Assembly (NCBI GenBank): GCA_964016885.1
Contig: OZ024743.1
Location: 85,994,001 to 86,058,000 of the forward strand
DNA length: 64,000 nt
Reading direction: 5' to 3'
Origin: Eledone cirrhosa
Lineage: Eukaryota
Positions within the stretch are counted from its first letter, which is position 1, and each line of letters opens with the position of its first letter. The notes below the pieces were generated by a model that was given only the letters and a program-made list of their open reading frames with translations, was not told the origin of the DNA and did not search any database. Both the position numbers and the translations under genes were made by a program. Positions 12,501-24,500 of the stretch are shown here, in pieces.

Positions 12501-15500
12501 TACCTAGGTACACATTGTTGGGCTAGATTGGGACACTAAATACCTAGGTACACATTGTTGGGCTAGCTTGGGGCACTAAATACCTAGGTACACACTGCTG
12601 GGCTAGCTTGGGGCACTAAATACCTAGGTACACAATGTAGGGCTATCTTGGGACACTAAATACCTAGGTACACATTGTTGGGCTAGCTTGGGACACTAAA
12701 TACCTAGGTACATATTGTTGGGCTAACTTGGGGCACTAAATACCTAGGTACACATTGTTGGGCCAGCTTGGGGCACTAAATACCTACGTACACATTGTTG
12801 GGCTAGCTTGGGGCACTAAATACCTAGGTACACAATGTAGGGCTAGCTTGGGACACTAAATACCTAGGTACACATTGTTGGGCTAGCTTGGGACACTAAA
12901 TACCTAGGTACACATTGTTGGACTAGCTTGGGACACTAAATACCTAGGTACACATTGTTGGACTAGCTTGGGACACTAAATACCTGGGTACAAAATGTAG
13001 GGCTAGCTTGGGACACTAAATACCTAGGTACACATTGTTGGGCTAGCTTGGGGCACTAAATACTCTGGTACACAACGTAGAGCTAGCTTGGGACACTAAA
13101 TACCTAGGTACACATTGTTAGGCTAGCTTGGGACACTAAATACCTAGGTACACATTGTTGAGCTAGCTTGGGACACTAAATACCTAGGTACACATTGTTA
13201 GGCTAGCTTGGGACACTAAATACCTAGGTACACATTGTTGGACTAGCTTGGGACACTAAATACCTAGGTACACATTGTTGGGCTAGCTTGGGGCACTAAA
13301 TACCTAGGTACACAATGTAGGGCTAGCTTGGAACACTAAATGCCTAGGTACACTTTGTTGGGCTAGCTTGGGACACTAAATACCTAGGTACACATTGTTG
13401 GGCTAGCTTGGGACACTAAATACCTAGGTACACATTGTTGGGCTAGCTTGGGACACTAAATACCTAGGTACACATTGTTAGGCTAGATTGGGACACTAAA
13501 TACCTAGGTACACATTGTTGGGCTAGCTTGGGACACTAAATACCTAGGTACACATTGTTGGGCTAGCTTGGGGCACTAAATACCTAGGTACACAATGTAG
13601 GGCTAGCTTGGAACACTAAATGCCTAGGTACACTTTGTTGGGCTAACTTGGGACACTAAATACCTAGGTACACATTGTTGGGCTAGCTTGGGACACTAAA
13701 TACCTAGGTACACATTGTTGGGCTAGCTTGGGACACTAAATACCTAGGTACACATTGTTAGGCTAGATTGGGACACTAAATACCTAGGTACACATTGTTG
13801 GGCTAGCTTCGGGCACTAAATACCGAGGTACACATTGTTGGGCCAGCTTGGGACACTAAATACCTAGGTACACATTGTTAGGCTAGATTGGGACACTAAA
13901 TACCTAGGTACACATTGTTGGGCTAGCTTGGGACACTAAATACCTAGGTACACATTGTTGGGCCAGCTTGGGGCACTAAATAACTAGGTAGACATTGTTG
14001 GGCTAGCTTGGGGCACTAAATGCCTAGGTACACAATGTAGGGCTAGCTTGGGACACTAAATACCTAGGTACACATTGTTGGGCTAGCTTGGGACACTAAA
14101 TACCTAGGTACACATTGTTGGGCTAGCTTGGGACACTAAATACCTAGGTACACATTGTTGGGCTAGCTTGGGGCACTAAATACCTAGGTACACATTGTTG
14201 GGCTAGCTTGGGACACTAAATACCTAGGTACACATTGTTGGGCTAGCTTGGGACACTAAATACCTAGGTACAAAATGTAGGGCTAGCTTGGGACACTAAA
14301 TACCTAGGTACACATTGTTGGGCTAGCTTGTGACACTAAATACCTAGGTACACGTTGGGCTAGCTTGGGGCACTAAATACCTAGGTACACATTGTTGGAC
14401 TAGCTTGGGACACTAAATACCTAGGTACACAGTGTTGGGCTAGCTTGGGACACTAAATACCTAGGTAAACATTGTTGGGCTAGCTTGGGACACTAAATAC
14501 CTTAGTACACATTGTTGGACTAGCTTGGGACACTAAATACCTAGGTACACATTATTGGGCTAGCTTGGGACACTAAATACCTGGGTACAAAATGTAGGGC
14601 TAGCTTGGGACACTAAATACCTAGGTACACATTGTTGGGCTAGCTTGGGGCACTAAATACCTAGGTACACATTGTTGGGCTAGCTTGGGGCACTAAATAC
14701 CTAGGTACACAATGTAGGGCTAGCTTGGGACACTAAATACCTAGGTACACATTGTTGGGCTCGCTTGGGACACTAAATACCTAGGTACACATTGTTGGGC
14801 TAGCTTGGGGCACTAAATACCTAGGTGCACATTGTTGGGCTAGCTTGGGACACTAAATACCTAGGTACACATTGTTGGGCTAGCTTGGGGCACTAAATAC
14901 CCAGGTACACATTGTTGCGCTAGCTTGGGACACTAAAATACTCTGGTACACAATGTAGGGCTAGCTTGGGACACTAAATACTCTGGTATACATTGTAGGG
15001 CTAGCTTGCGACACTAAATACTCTGGTATACATTGTAGGGCTAGCTTGGGACACTAAATAGCTGGGTACAGATTGAAGGGCTAGCCTAACCTTTTCATCA
15101 CTGAAATTTCTAATGAAATACGCTCTATTTTAATTAATTATTGGAGAATTTTGAGTGATTTACTAAAATTATTTATTATTTCATTGCTAAGGTAGTAACT
15201 TAATGTAAGGCTCTTATATAAAATTATGTTGGAGGATTCTTAGAATATCTTTAACTTGAGAAGATCAGATGCTTTACTGTTAGAATAGGTCATGAGATGT
15301 GTGCTAACTTAGATCTAGTTAATTTTTTAATTAATGTTATGACTTAGTATCCAAATTTAGTTTGCATCCTTCTTCACTTCATTTTCTATTCCAGTGTCGT
15401 CAAACAATTGTGAAGAAATGTCGTTGTGCGCAAAGGAGAAAAGAAGTGCCTTGCTGCAAAGACTATATATGTGACATGAAATGTCAGAAGATGAGAGACT

Positions 15501-18500
15501 GTGGTCGACATCAATGTAAACGAAAAGTAAATAGTGTTATACATATTTCTCATTTTGTCGTATTTGCTATAAGTAGTTAATTTTAGAGTTAGGTAGCAGA
15601 GATGACATTTTTTGTTTGACATGGTTCTACCAAGGTTGATACTACCATTAGGCCACCTAGGTAACCACCTTGTGTGCAGACCTCAGGCAGGTACATTACT
15701 GAACTTTAAAGGATCAGTTTTATACAAATTTGTATAATTAAATTATATATATATACATACATACATACATACACTCAATTGAATCTACTCAAATATATAA
15801 CTGCTAAATTACCCTTCTTGAGAATTTAATGATATAATTATTCCTTTTATGTATTTCTTAATATGCATGGAATAATAATGCAGCTTGCACTAAAATTATG
15901 TATTTCTTGTCTTATTTTCCTATTAGTGTTGTGATGGTAGTTGCCCTATCTGTGAACAAGTGTGTGGTAGATCTTTATCCTGTCGAAATCACAAATGTCA
16001 GAGCAAATGTCACCAAGGTGAGTTACTACAGTAACTTGTGTGAGTATGTATTTGGAGTTGTATAGGCACCATCATGACAAGATGTGTTTTGGTCACTTTA
16101 AACATGGCGGAACCCATCCCCTCTCCAATTTCTTCCAGAGAAGGAGAGTAAGAGAGAGGGAGTGAGAAGGAGATATAGAAGACAAATTGACCACAGTACT
16201 AGACTTGTACTTATTTTTATTGACCTTGAAAAGATGAAAGACAAAGTTGAACTTAGAGAGTGCTGAGAGCCAGAATGAAAACTACAAAGCACTCAATCCC
16301 ACATTCTAGTGACGGCCAATTCACTGCCTTATACTACAGAAAGTTAAAACTATTCTAAACATGGTAATCTTATGAATATTTTCTTGTTTATTATAATGAC
16401 TTTGCTTATTTCTTTATAGCTCAATAAACTTTTAGGTTTATAATTAATGATTGAATACTAAGATTTATAGAGCTTTATAACTGTTGTATAGCACTGTAAA
16501 TATGCAATAGATTAAACTGATATCAAAAATAGCTTGATGTTATTGACATTCTGTACCAGATTAAATATTGGTGAGACCCTAAGCTGTATAAAACTAGGGG
16601 TCATCTCATTAAATAAATTATACAAGGTCTCACAAACAATGAGTCTGGTAAGTGGGATTTTTTTTACATTTTAAACCTTTTTTTTTTAAATATTTTCTCT
16701 CTTTAGGACCTTGTTATCCTTGTACCATGACAGTTGACAAATATTGCTTCTGTAAGTCAACTTTTATCACTGTTCCATGTGGCCGGGAAAAAGCCATAAA
16801 ACCACCAAAATGTAACCAAGCTTGCAAGTAAGATATTTTTCTTCATCTTCTTTGTCTTCGCCTTCATCATCATTATCATTATTTAACATCCATTTTTCCA
16901 TGCTAGCATAAGTTAGATGAGTTGTCCCACTGTGAGACAAGTCAAGTCAGATGACCATGTCTTGCTCATACAGAACTGATTTTGGCTTGGTTTCTATGGC
17001 TGGATTCCCTTCCTAACACCAACCACATTTACAGTGTGGGCTGGAGGCTTTTTGTTGTGACACCTACACAACCACTTACAGTGTGGGCTAGGTGCTTTTT
17101 GTCTGTAATTTACATGACCACTTTACAGTGTGGGCTGGGTGCTTTTTGTTATATCGCCTACACAACCACTTTGCAGTGTGTGCTGGATGCTTGGGTGGGG
17201 GGACGTGTGTGGAGATTGTGGAGGTAGATCTTCTATATCATTTGGATACTTGTGGATGCTTACAAAAGGTTTACAACCTAGTTTTAGTTCCATATTTCAA
17301 TTTCTTTACTTGGTTTATATCACATGTTGCCCTTAAGAAGGCATGAATGTCATCTTCAGCATCATCATCATTCGATGCCAGTTCTTCCCTGCTAGTAAGG
17401 GTTTGACAGATCATCACAGATTACATCAATACTAGTAACTTCAAAGCTACTAACTTCTGAATGGATTTGGAGGCTGTGTCTCACTTACATACATTCCTAC
17501 ACTTTACAAAGTGTAGTGAATGCATTTTATCATGGTACCAGCACCAGGGAGGTTCTCATGTCTTAAACACAACTGGAGAGTCTTTTCAACCACTTTACAG
17601 AGCGTACTGGTTGTGTTTCATCATGGCACCAGCACTAAGGAAGTTGTCATGTCTTAGACACAACTGGGGATTCCTTACAACCATTTGTTTGGTAAGTTTT
17701 CTATGACTAGCTGCTCTTCTTATCACCAATGTAAAAATAATCACTATCAATTTACATAATCACAAACGTTTTTTTCTTTGTATCTCTAATTTTTGTCTTT
17801 TTTTAAAAAAAGGGTTCGTTCTGACTGCCACCATCCTGACCGTAAGCCACACCGATGCCATTTTGGTGACTGTCCACCTTGTAAGGATGTTTGCAACAAT
17901 CGACTCTCTAACTGTTCCCATTACTGTCCAATGCTATGCCATGATGCCATCAAGGTTAAAAAGCCAATCAACCCGGTATGTATTATACAGGCTGGACTAA
18001 AATGTGTGCTACCATTTAAAACCTGAATAACTGTTTTATGTATTCACTAAATGAAATAGTGTATAATAATGAAATAATCATTTTTTTACTACTAGCATGA
18101 CTTTTGGCCCACCCTGTACGAGTTTATTACTGACTTTTAATTACTGTGATACAGTAAGGGTGGTGGATTAGCAGAATTGTTCATGTGTCAGATGAAATGC
18201 CATTGTAGCATTTTGTTATGGCCCTCTACGTTCTGGTTTCAAATGCCACCAACTGGAATCAATAAAATAAAGTACTAGTCATGTACTGGTGTTAATTGAA
18301 TCCAGTTTCCATGCCTGTCTCCTCACGCCTGTCTCTTGGCTTTAATGGCTCATTTACTGTGCTGTTCTACCACCAGGTCACCCTCTGTATAGCTCATATC
18401 GTACTCCAGCTACAAGTCTCTTCAGTAGTTTATAATAGGTTATCACATAGGAACTTCCAATTGTCCTATGTCATATGTGTCTAACTTGTCTTCCTTCTCA

Positions 18501-21500
18501 TATGCTTCACGTAAAGCTTTTCTTAACCTATACTTAACAGAAAGGTGCTTTAGCCTTCAAACTCTCCTCTTCCAGATTTTCTTATGTTGTACTTATTCTG
18601 ATGTTGCTAATAACTAATAGTACATTCTTCTCTGGGAAAGATCTTAACATTTATAACCATCTGTCTATCTTGTTTTCTAACAATCTAGCTGTGTATTTGC
18701 CTGATTGGTAGGTGGTCAGCTGGTTTTCTGAGTTGCCAATTGTTAGATCATTTGCATCACATAATTTCAGGAGCCTTATTCCTTCTTCATTTCTCAAGCC
18801 ATAGCTATTAGTGAGAGATTTATGTGTTGTACTTTGCATATTTTTTGTCAAGGTTTTACTTGCTGGATGCCCTTCCTATCATCAACCATTTTACAGCATT
18901 ATTCATACCACCAGCACGAGAAAGATTGTTTTACCGTACTGAAGGGTCCTCTATACCCTATATCAGTTTTATTCAGAGTGACTGCTCTCTCAGACGGGTA
19001 GCCTACATTTTAGCTTTCGGAGTCCATGTCTTCCCTGTGGAGTCATGAGCCTCCTAACTGAGCTGCTTTCATCATGGCTTACGGAAGATATGTCTGTCTC
19101 GTGCAGTCTTGTTTTGTCTTATTCATAGTAACTGCTCTCCCACATGAACTGTATTCTACAAATTACAATCCTCATCTCCTCTAGGCAATCATGTTTTATA
19201 TATTTATTCTGAACGACAACACTCCACAAACACACATCTTACAGAACCATTGACGGTCATGCCCAACATAGTTGTAATCCACATGGTCAGCTGCCATTGA
19301 GCATATCCCAAGGGTAGAATAGAAGGTGGCAGTAAGAGGATAGGAGGGTGCTCTATGATGCCAGCTGGGTAGGTTGATAGATTCATTGCAACACTAGTTA
19401 GGAAGTTAACCCTTTTGATATCAATCTGGCCAAAACCAGCTCTAGTTCTATGAAACATAACTGCCCATTTTAATGGATTCCAACATTTTTTATATAAGAA
19501 CCATATCTTAAGTTACAATCTTACTATTCAAATAAATAATTTTAGTAAATCCCACAAAATTCTTCATTAATTAATTGAAATAAATCTTATTTTGTTAGAA
19601 ATATAATCACAAAAGATTTAAAATATGTGGTTTTGTATCATTAACCCTTTAACATTTACATTACTCTATATATACTATTGTATTTTCATGGTAAAGGCTT
19701 TCTCTCTCATGATTATCTCACACAATATCAAATCTATGAGATTTTGATATCATTTATTTTGAGAGCAAAATCTTAACATCAGTATGAGTGGCTGGTTATG
19801 GCCAGCTTGAATTGAAAGCGGTGAGAGAATTCTGACCGGGTATGACCGGTTTGTATGCTAAAGGGTTAAGCTATAACCAGTTTGGGGTAGGTTGCTATTA
19901 AAAGGGCTGATTTTGTTTTTTCATAACCTTGTATTCTGTCACTCAATAAATATATAAAACATTTTCAATAAAGACACTAGGATGCTTTCTTTATTATCTT
20001 TTTATTCTCTTTCTCTTTTAAAATTTCTTTTCTTTTTTTTTTCTCAATTTAAATTACCAGTTGTTGTATTCCAATAAACATAAGATGGTGGACCAGTTTG
20101 AAAAAATCAAGAAACCATGTCCTCCTTGCCAAGTAACTGTTGAGAGAAAATGTCTTGGAAAACATGAAGTAAGTTTTTCATTTATTCCTGAGGTTTTTTT
20201 TTTTTTTTACTTCAGAAACAGGTTTTATGATACGCAAATTGTAACATGAAGAAATATGATACTTTCATCTATTTGAGGAGGATCATGTTGTCCTAATATT
20301 GCCAAAAATAATAATAAAACACTCACTGTTTGATTTGATTTTCGCTTCAGTTCAGTATATCTTTATATTTTTATAAATAATTTAGCTGACAATCAATGTT
20401 TATCATTGATTGACCAACAGCTAAAATTATAAATATAAATATTTCTCAAAGTTCTTTCGTCACACATATTTTCTGTGACATCTTCAGTGATTTCCTCCCA
20501 TTGTCACTGAAGATATTACAAGAGAAATATGTGTGATGAAAGAACTTTGAGAAATTATATTTACAATTTTAACTGTTGGTCAATCAATGATAAACATTGA
20601 TTGCCACTTAAATTATTTATAAAAAATAAAGATTACTGAACTGAAGCAATAACCAAACCAAACAGTGAGTGTGTTTTATTATTTTTGGCAATATTAGGAC
20701 AACATGCCCCTCCACAAATATAACAATATCTGTTTCAACTCACAATTTCATATAAAAAACCTTGCAAAACAAATACATTGTCGTCAAAATTATTTTAATT
20801 TTCATTCCAACTTTTCCTTTGTGACTTTCAGACACAAGAATTTGCTTGTTCAGCAGTTGTTCCCTTTTCCTGTAAGAGAGCTTGTAATCGTTTACTTCCT
20901 TGTACCAATCACTCATGTGTCTTAGAATGCCATGAAGTCAAAAATGCTGCTGATGAGAAAAATGTAAGTTAATAATTCTTTCTTATTTGATTGGTTCTAT
21001 TAATATTTATTTGTTAAATCTTAATGTTCTGCACCACATAAAACATGTGGTATGGAGAAGTGTAGGGATCTTTTATTTGTTTAACTATTTCTATTCTTTG
21101 GATTAGTAGTAGCATTGTGGGAATTTTTTTATTACATCCTTCTGGGTGATTTAGGTGTGCTTTTCCCCTTGTAATGGTAGTATTGAGCTAGTGGAATGTA
21201 GTGGTAGTTGTAGTAATGAGTTAGTGGAATGTAGTAGTAGTCGTATTGATGACTGGAAGTAAAGAGTCTAAAAGTGTGTCAAAACTGCTAAACTATAGAT
21301 ATATCCATTGTTGTTGAAATGAAATGTGGGAGTTAGTCTGTCTATGATAGCTACTGGGTGTTGAGTTTTATTTTGCTCTTAGGAAGATTCCTTGATTTGG
21401 AGATTGTCAATATTCCTACCCTTGGTTTTGATGCTGTGATGTCCTTATTTGTGGTTTTGAACTTATCAATGTGTTTCTTGAAGGATGATGCATATATGTT

Positions 21501-24500
21501 GAGGTGTTCTTTGACTCAAATATGATTGGATCATGATGCTGATATAAAATTCACCACATTTGGTGCATTGGATACAGTATACCACATATATTTGTAGGGA
21601 CATGCTAGTGTGCATTGATTTTTATTGTCTTTGAGTCATTTTTAAAATTAGCATTTCTGTAGTGAGGGGCCTGAGTAGGTTAACTGTATATTAAACCTCT
21701 TCCTGTGGATGGCCCTGTGAATAGCAACAGTTATCTTGTCAGTGAAGTGTGGTCACTTTAGGAAACAGGCTTTTAAAGAGATCTTAAGTTTCCTGGGCTT
21801 CAGGCTCTGAAAACAACTGGTAGTGGATACATTCTCTATAATAACATGGATATCATCATTTTTGTTGAAGCAATTATTTTCACAGTTAGATGATGTTCCA
21901 GATTAATATTTTTCTATTGTGAAATATGTATAAATTCAGTTATATGTTTAGTTCATTGGAACAACTCAATGAGTAGCAAGGTTTGAACTGATATTAATGT
22001 AATTAGTAGTTTAACAAATTGGCAGTCATGAAAATCTGCGCGATATAATGCTTTGTGATATTTATTCTGGTTCTCTGTGTTCTGAGTTCAAGTCCTGTTG
22101 AGCTCAACACTGCCTTTCATCTTTTCAAGATTGATAAAAAAAAAAGTACCAGCACAATACTAGAGTTGATTCTTCCTTTATATAACTTTCTCACTTCCTC
22201 TCTATCACCCCTTCTCTGGAAGAAATTGGTTGTGTTCAGATCTAGAAAGGTATGGGCCCACCAGTTTTAAAATGTCCAAGAAATACTCTGTCATGACAGC
22301 ACCCTATGAGTCAGGATTTCTACTGTAAATATATGAAAAGTGTCAAAGTAGCTCATTGTTAATAAATTATTTGATAAATGTCTCATTATGTTTGGAATTA
22401 GGAATAAAGTAAATTTTCCTTCATCCATTGGCCCATAATTCCTGATGTAGTCATAGGGATGCCATCTTGGGCATTTCATACCTGATGAAGTCCATTCCTT
22501 CTACAAATCTGAATGCAGCTGATTTCTTCCAGAGAAAGTGGGAGAAAGAAATTATAAAAGAAAAATAGAGGAAAAATCGACACCAGTATTGGATGGGTAT
22601 TTTATTTATGGTGCCAACACTTATCTATGGTCATGAATCTTGGGTAATGACTGAAAAAATATGAATGGTCGAAATGGGGTTTCTCCGAAGAGTCTTTGGA
22701 GTAACCTTTTTTGATAGAGTGCATAGCTCGGAGATTAGAGTCTATCCAGGTAGAGCCATTACTTCTCCAAATTGAGAGATCACAGCTCTGATACTATGGG
22801 CATGTGGTTAGAATGTCTCAGGAAAGACTCACTGGACAGATTTTTCGGGCAAAACCAACTGACAGGAAATATAGGGGTAGACCAGAGCAAAATGGTTGAA
22901 TAACATCCATGAGCTTGGCTGGTATCACCTGGGAATCCAGCCAGATCAATTGAAGATGGTTGCATCTGAGGACTACTGGAAGGCGCTTTTGAAGACTGTG
23001 CACCTTCTAAGGAATAAGTGGGCAAAGAAGAAAAAGACTTAGAAAGGATGAAAGGCAAAGTTGACGTAACAGGATTTGATCTTAGAGCTCTAATAGCTGG
23101 AATGAATACCGCAAAGCATTCTATCTGTTGTTCTAACAACTCTGCCATTCATTACAAATTATAAATTTACAAATTTAAAAAAAAACATATATTTATCAAG
23201 TGTCATAATCAATACTTAGAAATTTCTATTTCTTTTTAATTTCAGGCTGGATCCAATTGCTCAAAATGTGAAGAGGAATGTTTGAAACCACGACTCCCTG
23301 GTTGTAACCATGAGTGCTCATTACCATGTCATCCAAGAGATTGTCCACCATGTTCAGAGATAATTCGAATGCGCTGTCACTGTCGAAACATACTCAAGTA
23401 CATTCAGTGTTACAAATGGGCTACAGCTGATACAGAGTCAAAATCTGTTTTAAAGTCTTGTGGACTAGACTGTCCAAAAGTGGTAAGCGTTTTGTTTTTA
23501 TTATATAAAAGGGCAGTGGATTGGCAGCATCATAGAGTGTTGGACACTATGCTTTACATTCTGAGTTCAAATCCCATTGAGGTTAGCTTTGCCTTTCATC
23601 CTTATGGGGGTGATAAAATAAGGTACCAGTAAGCACTGGGGTCGATTTAATCGACTTTCCCCTACTCTTCAAATTGTTGGCCTTGTGCCTTAATCAGAAG
23701 CCATTATATATTTTAATATCATCATCATCATCGTTTAACGTCCATATTCCACGCTTGCATGGGTTTGGATATATATGTGCCATTTTAGGCATGGTTTATA
23801 TAGCTGAAAGCCATGCCTAAGACCAACCAATTTACACAGTACACAGGGTACATTTTATCATTGCAATAATACTAAAAAGTTACCTTCTCCCTTGCAAGAC
23901 TAAAACCCTTCTAAACCTTTTGTAGTTCATTTGAGGAAATCCTGATCAGGATTATGAAGGGGAGTGATGACCAAGATTGTGAAAGAGGAGAGTGTATAAA
24001 CATGAACAGAAAGGATGAAAGTGATGGAATGGTAAAGAAATGGGTAATGGAAGAGAGAGAGAGTGATAACTACATGTTGGTAGTTAGGGTGTTGAATAGA
24101 AAAGGGCATGAGTACTATGATGGGATAGTAATAAAGATGTCAGGATTAGGCAGAGCAAGTGACTCTTATATAAAGGATACATATTCAGTAGAATTCTAAT
24201 GATTTATGCCTCTATTTTGAAAACTGTTTATGCTCCCTCTTTTACATTTTCTTTCTTTCTTTTTTGTTCTTTAAAAAGATGCCATGTGACCACAAATGTC
24301 CTATGATTTGTCACTCTGGAGAATGTTGTCCTAATGGCTGTGAGAAGAAAAAGTCTGTTCGCTGTCCATGCAAACGTAGGAAAAAAGAATTCATTTGTTC
24401 AATGGTCACCTCAGGAAAAGCCCAGGTGAAGTGTGATGATGTATGTAAAGAGATTCAATTAAAACAACAGCAGGTAAATTGTTTAAATCAAATTCATTAT

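Noticed and set aside
6997-15086. CRISPR array
   Set aside because: Units are contiguous with no unique spacers, the context is a eukaryotic intron, and there are no cas genes.
23954-24199. 81-aa acidic ORF as an extra NFXL1 exon
   Set aside because: The flanking exons already join in phase, and this is purine-rich low-complexity intron sequence.
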